A stretch of DNA of 62,637 nucleotides, filler included, from Nitrospirota bacterium (GTDB lineage: Bacteria > UBA2233), in NCBI GenBank assembly GCA_011620345.1. It is 12 parts of 12 records of this genome, joined end to end, with 100 filler letters (N's around TTAATTAATTAA, not from the genome) between each part and the next. Parts side by side here need not be neighbours in the genome. Positions count along the whole stretch, not along the records: positions 51,370 to 54,390 come from WOZJ01000068.1; positions 54,491 to 57,349 come from WOZJ01000023.1; positions 57,450 to 60,027 come from WOZJ01000012.1; positions 60,128 to 62,637 come from WOZJ01000003.1; 8 more parts are not named here. One strand, written 5' to 3'. The notes beneath the pieces are model-generated. The model had not been told where the DNA came from and searched no databases. It was given only the letters and a program-made list of their open reading frames with translations. A program made the translations under genes and the position numbers. Below, one piece after another: positions 53,246-62,637 of the stretch; positions within the stretch are counted from its first letter, which is position 1, and the number at the start of each line of letters is the position of its first letter.

Positions 53246-54390
53246 ATGACCAAAACGTATTCCAGAAGAGAGTTGGGCCGCCTGGCCAAGAATGCGGGGC
53301 TCATGGGCGCCTTGCTCGCGCTTTCAAAGGCGCCGTTCCTTGGCTGGGCTACCCCCCTACAAGCCCGGGCCGAAGGCCAAGCGGCCGCTGGCCCTATGCA
53401 GGGCCTCGCCTGGAACACCGAGCTGCCCACCACGTTCCAAAAGACGATCCTGGGCGTTGCCCAAGAAGGGGTTCTCTACGGGCAAGGGGAGCTGCCCGTC
53501 CTAAGGAGCGAGCTCGCCCCCGGGTTTTCTGGTTTTCAAGACAAAGAACTCTCTTCGCTTGCGTTTTTCCTCCACATGACCGATACGCATTCCACCGACG
53601 AAGAATCCCCGGCCACGCTCCATTACAGGCGGTGTGCGGGCTATTCTCCCCAAATCCTCGATGCCCACGTGGCAATGGCCCGTAAGATCGCAGACCAAGC
53701 CGCCCTGGATTTCATCCTGCACACGGGCGATGCCACCGAAGACGCCCAGGAAAACGAGCTTGGATGGTTCCTTACCCTGATGGACGGCGGAGCGCTCAAC
53801 CCGAACTCTGGTGCTGCCGTAGAGCCGGGCTCAAGGTTTGCCGGGCCTGAAAATCAGCCCTTTTTTACCAAGGGCCTGGGTGGAATTCCGTGGTACCTCA
53901 CGATGGGCAACCATGACGAGCTTGTCATGGGAAGCCTAACCCCTACAGAGGCTTTTAACAATCTGGCCGTCGGCGGGTTCGCTCCGATAGGCTATGAAAC
54001 CAACTTGCCTTTTAACGTCCCGTTGCTTGGGTCTTCTCTGCCCATAGAGCTTCGCGGCGCCGCGATCACCCCCGACCCGAACCGCCGCATCCTTACCCGC
54101 GAAGAGTTCCTTGCAAGGCTGCTCGCCTCGCCATCCTCACCGGTCGGCCATGGCTATACCGCCTCGAACACCGAAAAGACTGCAAGGTATTATGCCGCCG
54201 ACCCTATCCCCGGAGTCCCGCTTAGAATCCTCGCACTCGATACGGCGAGCCCGATCGGGTACTCCTTGGGGTCCATAAGGCAAGAGCAGTTCGAGTGGCT
54301 ACGCAACAGCCTTGAGGAAGCAGTAGGGCAAGGAATGCTGGTTTTGATCGCCACGCATCACCCTTCTGGCTCCATTACCGACCTGCCCCC
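53246..54390 (+). CDS. Tat-exported metallophosphoesterase (3' truncated)
   Basis: SRRELG Tat motif; TDTH, TGD, GNHD, THH metal ligands. Confidence 0.8.
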
Positions 54391-54516
54391 NNNNNNNNNN
54401 NNNNNNNNNNNNNNNNNNNNNNNNNNNNNNNNNNTTAATTAATTAANNNNNNNNNNNNNNNNNNNNNNNNNNNNNNNNNNNNNNNNNNNNATAGGTAACA
54501 AACGAGGAAGGGCGTA

Positions 54517-57291
54517 ATGACACTGCGTTTCCGGTGTCTCTTGATGGACGTTGTGCTGCTCTGTGTGTTTCTGGTAGGGCTTTATGCGCTGACCAGGTTC
54601 ATCGTCTTGGAAGGGATGCTCCGGGTTGAAGCCCAGCGCACGACCAGGGTTACCGAGCGCATCGTCCGCAGACTTGACTACGAACAGGACTTAATCACCC
54701 AGCATGCCGGCGACTGGGCAGTGTGGAAAGATGCGGCCAGGTTCGTACGCGGGCAGAACCCGACTTTTACGGAAACCCAGCTGACGAAAATCCCCTTCCG
54801 CGAGCTGAACCTCAGCTTTATGGCCTTTGTGGATTCAGGCGGTACGCTCGTCTGGGGCAAGGCCTTCAGGCAGGAAACGGACACCTTCGGCCCGCTGCCC
54901 CATGGCATGCTTGCACAGCTCCACCAAGGAACAAGGCTCAAAGAAGTTCTCTTAGGCAGGCCAGAAAAGGCCCAGGGGCTGCTTAGCCTTCCAGACGGGC
55001 TAGCGATGGTATCGCTCCGGGCCGTTCACGAGCCAGATGCAAAAGGGCTGCCCGACGGGGGGCTGATCATGGGCCGGTTTCTTAACGAAACCGAACAAAA
55101 ACGCCTGAACGCCCTGGAAGACTTTCCCGCCCAAGTCCGCTCGCTTACCGGCCTGCCAGCTTTAGAGAGGGAAAACCTTCCGAAACCTCCGGCTACACTC
55201 CTTATTAGGCACGCCAGTGGGCGCTCTATCGCCCGCAAGCTGCTAGTCGACTTGGAAGGCAACCCCGTCGCCCTGATGATCCTTGGTGTGCCCCACATCG
55301 TCATGCCCGTCGGCTTGGACATTCTAAGGCTCTTCGGTATAGGGCTTTTTCTTCTTGGCCTGGCCTTCGGGGTTGCTCACCATATTTTTTTGAACCGCTC
55401 GGTGCTTTTGAGGCTAAAGAGGCTGCAAGTCGGGCTTGAAGAAATACGAACTAAGGCCGCAGGCCGATCGAGGCTGGCCATAGAGGGCCATGACGAAATA
55501 GCCATGCTGGCTTTCGACATCAACGGCACGCTCGAATCGCTCGAAGAGGCCGAGCTGATCAAGGCCATCCAGGCCAAGCTCGAAGAAGAGGCGGCCTACC
55601 GCCACGAGGTGTTCGAGAGCGCGCTTAACGGGATGGCCGTGGTAGACCCCCTGACGCTTCGGCACTTCGAGGTCAACGGCGCCCATGCCGAACTCTTGGG
55701 GTATGCCAAGGAAAGCCTGCTGGATCCCGAGTTTAATTTTCTTGACACGTTCGCGCCCGAAGAGATTCCCAAGGTCCTGAACGCGCTCCAGACGGTGCGG
55801 GCCACAAAGGCCCCCCTCCGCTTCGAGACCAAGCATCTTCGCAAAGACGGAGTACACCGGCACGTGCTTGCCCAGATCTCCTTTCTCGCCCGCCGTAAAG
55901 GCTGGGAATCCGATAGGTGCCTGATCGTCCTTTCGGACATCTCGGACATCAAGCACCAGGGCGCATTCCTCCAGGGGATGACTGACATCTCTCCTGTGGG
56001 GATTTTCACCTGCGACATCGAAACGGGCGCAATCCTCGATGCGAACCCGGCATTTCTTACGATGCTGGGCTACGGCCGAGAAGAGCTCCTTGGCAAAACC
56101 TGGTACGAAATCACCCCTCCCCAAGTCGTCCAGCGAGAGCTCGAAGAGAACGAAGCGCTCTTGAAGGGCGATATCTCGATGATCCGTAGGGAGAAAACAT
56201 TCATCACAAAAGACGGGACGGAACTGCCCGTCATCTTGTACTTCGGCAAGCTCTTCGACCCGAGGGTGGGTAAAGAGGTCTACATCGACTTCGCAGCCGA
56301 CGTCTCCGAGCTCAAAAAGGCCCAGAAAAGGTTGGACGAGGCCTACCACTACTTCTACGAGGTGTTCGACCAAACGAGCGAAATGCTCGTCGTCTTCGAC
56401 GCAACTGGCAACATCCTGGAGGTCAACCAAGCGGTGGAGGCGCTCTTTGGCTACAGCAAAAAAGAGGTGCTTGCGCCAGAGTTCGACTGGTGGCGCTTGT
56501 TCCATCCAGAGGAGAACGCAAAGATCCTTGCCCATTTGAAGCTGCTCCTTGAAACCGGCCAGCCTCAACGGCTTGAAACAAAAGGGGTGCGCAAGGATGG
56601 CTCCGTGATCGAGCTGCTCGTCTCGTACAGCCTCTTTAAAGGCCTCCAAAGCGGGCCTCCCCAAATCCTCGGGGTGCATGTCGACATCTCTCCCATCAAA
56701 AGGCTCGAGGCCGAGCTTCGGTACTTGAGCTTCCACGACACGCTCACCGGGCTTTTTAATCGAGCCTATTTCGAGCAGGAGCTTAAGCGTCTATCAAAGG
56801 GCCGCACGGCGCCCGTGGGGGTCGTCGTCTTGGACGTGGACAACCTAAAGCCCGTCAACGACACGCTCGGCCATCAAGCGGGCGATGCGCTGCTAAGGCG
56901 CGCGGCGGAGGTGCTCAAGAAAGCGTTCCGGGCCGAGGACGTCATCGCCCGCGTAGGCGGGGACGAGTTCGCGGCACTGCTTGTGGGCACAAACGAAGAA
57001 ACCCTTAAGGGGGTGCTTGCAAGGCTAGGGAAGGCCATAGCCCGTGACAACGAAACCCGGCCGGAGCCAAGGCTTTCCCTGTCGGCTGGGTTTGCAATCG
57101 CTCCCCAAGCCCCCTTCCAACACGAGGCGCTCTTTCAGGCGGCCGATAGGGCGATGTACCAGGATAAAATAGCCAGGAAACGCGCTCTAAGCAACGGAAA
57201 ATCCTTGCCCAACGGCGATGCCGGCCCTGCAAGAGCGTACCGCGCTTCCGAGGCAACCGAAAAACGCATTCCCGAGGAGCCCGAACTATGA
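54517..57291 (+). CDS. CHASE4-HAMP-3xPAS-GGDEF diguanylate cyclase
   Basis: DWAVW (CHASE4), DEIAML (HAMP), three PAS domains, HDTLTGLFNR, RAED I-site, GGDEF. Confidence 0.92.
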   Translation: MTLRFRCLLMDVVLLCVFLVGLYALTRFIVLEGMLRVEAQRTTRVTERIVRRLDYEQDLITQHAGDWAVWKDAARFVRGQNPTFTETQLTKIPFRELNLSFMAFVDSGGTLVWGKAFRQETDTFGPLPHGMLAQLHQGTRLKEVLLGRPEKAQGLLSLPDGLAMVSLRAVHEPDAKGLPDGGLIMGRFLNETEQKRLNALEDFPAQVRSLTGLPALERENLPKPPATLLIRHASGRSIARKLLVDLEGNPVALMILGVPHIVMPVGLDILRLFGIGLFLLGLAFGVAHHIFLNRSVLLRLKRLQVGLEEIRTKAAGRSRLAIEGHDEIAMLAFDINGTLESLEEAELIKAIQAKLEEEAAYRHEVFESALNGMAVVDPLTLRHFEVNGAHAELLGYAKESLLDPEFNFLDTFAPEEIPKVLNALQTVRATKAPLRFETKHLRKDGVHRHVLAQISFLARRKGWESDRCLIVLSDISDIKHQGAFLQGMTDISPVGIFTCDIETGAILDANPAFLTMLGYGREELLGKTWYEITPPQVVQRELEENEALLKGDISMIRREKTFITKDGTELPVILYFGKLFDPRVGKEVYIDFAADVSELKKAQKRLDEAYHYFYEVFDQTSEMLVVFDATGNILEVNQAVEALFGYSKKEVLAPEFDWWRLFHPEENAKILAHLKLLLETGQPQRLETKGVRKDGSVIELLVSYSLFKGLQSGPPQILGVHVDISPIKRLEAELRYLSFHDTLTGLFNRAYFEQELKRLSKGRTAPVGVVVLDVDNLKPVNDTLGHQAGDALLRRAAEVLKKAFRAEDVIARVGGDEFAALLVGTNEETLKGVLARLGKAIARDNETRPEPRLSLSAGFAIAPQAPFQHEALFQAADRAMYQDKIARKRALSNGKSLPNGDAGPARAYRASEATEKRIPEEPEL

Positions 57292-57452
57292 AGCCTTACG
57301 CAATCCAAGATTTGATCGATGTCCAGGAACTGGCTCAGATTCAAGACTGNNNNNNNNNNNNNNNNNNNNNNNNNNNNNNNNNNNNNNNNNNNNTTAATTA
57401 ATTAANNNNNNNNNNNNNNNNNNNNNNNNNNNNNNNNNNNNNNNNNNNNCTT

Positions 57453-58514
57453 TTAGTCCATGAACGCGAGCTCGTCGGAGGGCATAATAGGCTTAAAGCG
57501 CATGGCGTCGTACGTGCACCCGACAAGGCATACCCCGCAGCCAAAGCATTTTTCTTCGTCTACGCTGGCCTTATACTTCTTCGAGCCCTGCGGCCTGATG
57601 AGCTCGATCGCACCAAAAGCGCAGCGATCGATGCAATCTTGGCAGCCCTTGCAGCTTGCCTCGTTGACGTAGGCCCGGAAACGGCTCTTGGCCGTCAAGG
57701 CCTCGGGCGGAACGTTGCCTACCTTGTAGAAGCCGAAGAACTCGCAGCAATCTTCACAGCAGTTGCAGATGGTATTGGGGTTGAGGTCTTTGGTGTTCGG
57801 CCCCATGTGCATAAGCCCGTCTTTGGCGGCCTTTTGCATGAGATCGAACGCCTCTTCTTTCGTGAGCACCTTGCCAGAGTCGCGAGCGGTCACGTAGTTC
57901 GCACCCTTGGCAAACTGCACGCAATGCCACGTGCCCTGCTCGTCGGTAAAGCGGCAAGGCTCGTCCACTCCGCTTTTCACCACCCTGCACGAGCATGGCA
58001 CGACGGCCAGCGCATCCTGCGCATCGACCATGGTACGGATGTTTTCGTAGGGTTCGATTCCCTCCAAGTCTTTGATGGCGTCCCAGGCGGGGATCACGCG
58101 CCATATAGGCTTGCTAAAGATTTGAGGAAGCAGGTTGCCCATCTTTACGTAGAATTCTTCCATTCCGAAGGTGTGCCACGCTTTAGTGTACTCACGGTTT
58201 TTTCCCAAATCGAAATGCTTGGATGCAAGCGTGGCGTCGTGGAGCTGGATCAAATCCCTGGCGAAGCGGTAGGTGTCCCTTTTTTGGAAATTCTTGGGGA
58301 AGGCCGCGCCTTTTTGCCAGAGCCCTTCTAGGATGTCCTTGGCCCTATCTTGAGGGATGCCGAGCTTTTGGGCTACATCGCCCGGCCCTCCGGGCAAGGA
58401 AGCGGCCACGCTCGCCTCTTCTTGGGTGAGCAACAACTCGAGAATTTTCCGCAGATGGGCCGAATCGGGAAACCCAAGGCGCATCGAAAGCGCTTCGTAA
58501 GGGCTATCGCTCAT
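57453..58514 (-). CDS. Fe-S protein: HTH-like N-terminus, CxCR and CNCCxxCC motifs, 2x[4Fe-4S]
   Basis: CSCR, CNCCEDCC, CKGCQDC..RC, CFGCGVC..GC. Confidence 0.8.
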   Translation of the reverse strand: MSDSPYEALSMRLGFPDSAHLRKILELLLTQEEASVAASLPGGPGDVAQKLGIPQDRAKDILEGLWQKGAAFPKNFQKRDTYRFARDLIQLHDATLASKHFDLGKNREYTKAWHTFGMEEFYVKMGNLLPQIFSKPIWRVIPAWDAIKDLEGIEPYENIRTMVDAQDALAVVPCSCRVVKSGVDEPCRFTDEQGTWHCVQFAKGANYVTARDSGKVLTKEEAFDLMQKAAKDGLMHMGPNTKDLNPNTICNCCEDCCEFFGFYKVGNVPPEALTAKSRFRAYVNEASCKGCQDCIDRCAFGAIELIRPQGSKKYKASVDEEKCFGCGVCLVGCTYDAMRFKPIMPSDELAFMD

Positions 58515-58701
58515 GGGTAAATCCTTTCTTTGTTGCAGATCAAGGTGTTCATGCCAGTTATTTCATAATGCCACNNNNNNNNNNNNNNNNNNNNNNNNNN
58601 NNNNNNNNNNNNNNNNNNNNNNNNNNNNNNNNNNNNNNNNNNNNNNNNNNNNNNNNNNNNNNNNNNNNNNNNNNCACGCTTTAATCTTGCCTATGCTTAT
58701 T

Positions 58702-60006
58702 TTAGCGCTTGAAGACGTGCACAGTCATGCAGGCGGGCCCGGCACCCGTCACGCCGCCGCCGTTTTGGGTGACCCCGACCTTGGCGTTTTCTACCTGGCG
58801 CTTGCCCGCCTCGCCCCTTAGCTGCCAGACAACCTCGGCAACCATCGCAAGCCCCGTAGCCCCGATCGGATGGCCCTTGGATTCAAGCCCGCCCGAGGTG
58901 TTGACGGGGATCTTGCCCGCGAGGCTCGTCGCCTCTTCAGAGATGAGCCTTTGCGCCTGGCCATGCTCTGCAAACCCAAGCTCTTCGTAGGCCAAAAGCT
59001 CGCCCACGGCGGTCGCGTCGTGAACCTCGGCCACGTCCACGTCCTTGGGGCCGATGCCGGCCATTTCGTAAGCCTTTTTGGCCGCCCGCGCGACGCAATC
59101 GGGGTCGCCCTTTTGCCTATCCCAGCTCTCAGAGTTGGCCACGCTGGCCGCGATCCATACGGGCTTATCGCTGGAACGTCTTGCAAGCGCTTTGTTCGTG
59201 ATGACGGCCGCCGCGGCCCCGTCACCGATGGGCGAGCACATCAGAAGGTGCAAAGGCTCGACGATCGGCCTCGATTCGAGCACTTCTTCCGCAGAGCACG
59301 CCTTTTGGTACTGGGCAAACGGGTTGAGACTTCCGTTCGTGTGGTTCTTGGCCGCAATCCAGGCGAGCATGCCCTTTAGCCTTTCGATGGGGATGCCATA
59401 CTCCCTCGCGTACAGATGCGCCTCCATCGCGTAGACGTCCATGAAGGGGCTCCTTTGGCCAACGCCCGATCCATCGCCCAAGGCCGTCAAGATGACATCT
59501 GCCATGTCCTCCATGAGGCCAACCTTTTTAAGCTCCTCGCGTGCCTTTCCCTTTTCGATCGTTCCGGACATCGCCTGCATGATCGCATCACGCATTTCAA
59601 CGGGCATATCGGTCGATAGCGCCAAGAAGGACTTCATCTTGTCCTCATCAAAAAGCTTCTCGACGCCAAGAACGAGCGCGTTTTCGACCATGCCGACGGC
59701 CACGGCGTTCATGGCGCACTGGAGTGCAATGCTCGAAGTCGCGCAGGCGTCCTCGACGTTGATCACGGGGATACCCTGGAACGGGCTTTCCGGCCCCAAA
59801 AGCACGCTTTGCCCCCTGATGCCCTCCTGCCCGGTCATGATGCCCGCAAGCCCGTTGCCCGCGTAGGCCGCCTGGATGGCCTTTGGATCTATGCCGGCAT
59901 GCTTGCAGGCCCCGAGCGCCGCCTCCATTCCCAGATCCTTGAGCGTCTTTTGGGGGTGCTTTCCGAAGTGGGTCATGCTGACGCCGATAATGGCCACGTC
60001 TTCCAT
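58702..60006 (-). CDS. Thiolase family protein (SCP2-thiolase-like)
   Basis: EDACATSS, CSPIGDGAAA, EVHDA, SKGHPIGATG, QNGGG. Confidence 0.9.
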   Translation of the reverse strand: MEDVAIIGVSMTHFGKHPQKTLKDLGMEAALGACKHAGIDPKAIQAAYAGNGLAGIMTGQEGIRGQSVLLGPESPFQGIPVINVEDACATSSIALQCAMNAVAVGMVENALVLGVEKLFDEDKMKSFLALSTDMPVEMRDAIMQAMSGTIEKGKAREELKKVGLMEDMADVILTALGDGSGVGQRSPFMDVYAMEAHLYAREYGIPIERLKGMLAWIAAKNHTNGSLNPFAQYQKACSAEEVLESRPIVEPLHLLMCSPIGDGAAAAVITNKALARRSSDKPVWIAASVANSESWDRQKGDPDCVARAAKKAYEMAGIGPKDVDVAEVHDATAVGELLAYEELGFAEHGQAQRLISEEATSLAGKIPVNTSGGLESKGHPIGATGLAMVAEVVWQLRGEAGKRQVENAKVGVTQNGGGVTGAGPACMTVHVFKR

Positions 60007-60127
60007 GGTTTTCCTCCTTTAAGGTTTNNNNNNNNNNNNNNNNNNNNNNNNNNNNNNNNNNNNNNNNNNNNTTAATTAATTAANNNNNNNNNNNNNNNNN
60101 NNNNNNNNNNNNNNNNNNNNNNNNNNN

Positions 60128-62637
60128 TAAGGCAAGAAAAGCCGCTTCCATGGTGGCAACACCTCTGGCTGTGCTACAAAAACGCCTTCAACCTCCTTTT
60201 GACGCTCCTTGCCCTTATTTCCTACCTGACCGGAGACATGCGCTCGACCATCGTGATCCTAACCATGGTCGCCCTTTCCACCCTGGTCCGGTTTTTCCAG
60301 GAGTCGCGCTCCAACAAGGCTGCCGAGCGGCTCAAGGAAATGGTGAGCAACACGGCCACGGTCCTCAGGCAGCATATGGACAAGGATTTGGAAGAGTTCG
60401 TCCGGGAATGCTTCGGACTTGCCCCTCCTCCGAAAGGACCAAGGAAGCTCGAGCTTCCCATCAAGAGGCTCGTTCCAGGAGACATCGTCCTTTTGACGGC
60501 GGGGGACATGGTCCCCGCCGATTTGCGTGTCCTTTCGGCCAAAGACCTGTTCATCAACCAGGCCGCGCTCACGGGGGAATCCATGCCCGTGGAGAAGTTC
60601 GCAACGCCCGGGAGAGTCACCCCGTCTAGTCCCCTCGATCTGGCCAACGTCCTGTTCATGGGAACGAGCGTCGTCAGCGGCTCGGCAAGTGCGCTCATTG
60701 TGGCCACGGGCAAACGGACCCTCTTTGGCATCCTGGCGGAACGCGTCATGGCAGGCGGGGGCGAGCCTTCGGCGTTTCAGGAGGGCGTGGACAGTGTAAG
60801 CGGGCTGCTCATCCGTTTTATGCTCGCCATGACGCCCTTGGTGCTCATGATCAACGGGTTTACCAAAGGGGACTGGGTTCAGGCGACGCTTTTCGCGCTC
60901 TCTATCGCGGTTGGCCTGACTCCCGAGATGCTGCCCATGATCGTCACCTCGACGCTCGCCAAGGGCGCCGTGATGCTCTCAAAAAAGCAAGTGATCGTCA
61001 AGCGCCTGGACGCCATCCAGAACCTGGGCGCGATGGACCTTCTTTGCACGGACAAAACGGGCACCCTCACCCAGGACAGGGTCCACCTGGAGCGTTGCAC
61101 CGACGCCTTCGGTGAGGTCTCCGAAGCGGCGCTCTTCTACGCCTATTTGAACAGCTCGTTTCAGACAGGCCTAAAGAGCCTGATCGACGCGGCCATTCTA
61201 GAAAAGGCAAAGACAGCGGAAAAACTGGACATCGTCCACTACCAAAAGGTCGACGAGATTCCGTTCGATTTCCGGCGGAAGAGAATGTCGGTCGTCCTGG
61301 CCGATCCAAGCGGCAACCACCTCTTGGTGTGTAAGGGCGCATTTGAGGAAATGCTCTCGGTATGCTCGGGCGTCATGCAGGATGGATCGATTAAGCCGCT
61401 TTCGCAGGAGCTAACCATGCAAATCCACGACCTTTCTGCAAGGATGAACGAAGAGGGGCTAAGGGTCGTAGCGGTCGCAAAAAAAGAGATTCCGAGCGAG
61501 AAAGAAAACTACAGCAGCGCAGACGAGAATGGGCTTACGCTCCTTGGGTTCGCGGCCTTCCTCGACCCGCCCAAGGAATCCGCCTCACCGGCCCTTCGCG
61601 CGCTCAAAGAGCACGGAGTAAGGGTCAAGATTCTGACGGGCGATAACGAGCGAGTCGCGGCCAAGGTCTGTCGGGAGGTCGGCATGCCGATCGAGGGCGT
61701 TCTCCTTGGTAGTGACATCCAGCGGATGGGGCAAGAAGAGCTCGCGTCGAAGGCCGAGGTCTGTAACGTGTTCGCCAAGCTTACCCCGGACGACAAAGAA
61801 AGGATCGTTCGGGCGCTCCGCGATTCCGGCCACGTGGTCGGGTTTATGGGGGACGGGATCAACGACGCCCCGGCCCTCAAGGCTGCGGATGTGGGCATTT
61901 CGGTTGATTCCGCCGTGGATATCGCCAAGGAGGCGGCCGACCTCATCCTTTTGGAAAAAAGCCTTTTGGTGCTCGAAGACGGCGTGCTGGAAGGGCGCAA
62001 GACGTTCGCCAACATGCTCAAGTACATCAGAATCACCTCAAGCTCGAACTTTGGCAACGTCTTTAGCGTGCTCATTGCCGGCGCATTCCTCCCTTTTTTG
62101 CCTATGCTGCCCATCCAGCTCTTGGTGCAGAACCTCCTTTACGATTTTTCACAGACCGCCATCCCCTTCGACAACGTGGACGAAGAAGAGATCAAAGAAC
62201 CCAAGCGCTGGAACCCGGCCGGAATCGGGCGGTTCATGGTCCATTTTGGGCCCATCAGCTCGCTCTTTGACATCGTGACGTACGGTTTGATGTGGTTCGT
62301 GTTCGGGGCCAATACGCTCCAAAAGCAGACGCTGTTCCAGTCCGGCTGGTTTATCGAGGGGCTCTTTTCCCAGACGCTCATCGTCCATACGATCCGCACG
62401 CAAAAGATCCCTTTTTTCCAAAGCCGGCCTGCGTGGCCGCTTCTGGTCACTACGGTCTTGGTCCTGGCGCTCGGGGTCTTCCTGCCAATGGGGATGTTCG
62501 CCCCCTCGTTCAGGCTCGCTCCGCTTCCTTTGGCCTACTTTGCCTACTTGGTGGCGATCCTTTTTGGGTACGTGCTGCTCGTTCAGGCAATGAAGCGCTT
62601 CTATACCCGCCGCTACGGCCTTTTTAATGCCCCGGCC
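60128..62637 (+). CDS. mgtA: Magnesium-translocating P-type ATPase, truncated at both ends (absent from ORF track)
   Basis: Frame-1 motifs seen from one end of the contig to the other: KPLPWWQHLW, TGES, PEMLP, DKTGT (61051), TGDN, GDGIND, NLLYD, FQSGWF. Confidence 0.94.

Noticed and set aside
55414-56736. 440-aa antisense ORF (similarly 12166-13008, 7994-8830, 47341-48087, 21653-22426)
   Set aside because: Shadow frames of well-supported genes in GC-rich DNA; no motifs.

Overview
The window is not one locus. It is 12 short contigs joined by artificial 100-nt spacers (N-run + TTAATTAATTAA + N-run), plus one 100-N scaffold gap at 58575-58674, so adjacency only means something within a contig. 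Gene content suggests an anaerobic, flagellated Gram-negative bacterium of the former Deltaproteobacteria type (inference). It includes hypCDEAF, two convergent sirtuins, an 11-gene run rrf2-metY-3xUSP-lipoprotein-mlaEFD-glycerate kinase-moeA, beta-oxidation enzymes, fabH, an EF-G paralog, panBCD with a probable pan RNA leader, pntAAB, rarA, a serA-hisZ-purA cluster, a CHASE4/PAS diguanylate cyclase, and mgtA (missed by the ORF track). Most notable: (1) a sigma-28-type promoter driving three small unrecognised genes that share a DRV[TS][LI] motif, upstream of a highly divergent flagellin with its own SD-led uORF; (2) an EF-G paralog whose GTP-binding motifs are degenerate while domain IV is intact; (3) a family of GATAG-hairpin REP-like repeats; (4) a decaying first contig with pseudogenes and an IS256 remnant. 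All calls come from motif recognition by eye; no database searches were run.
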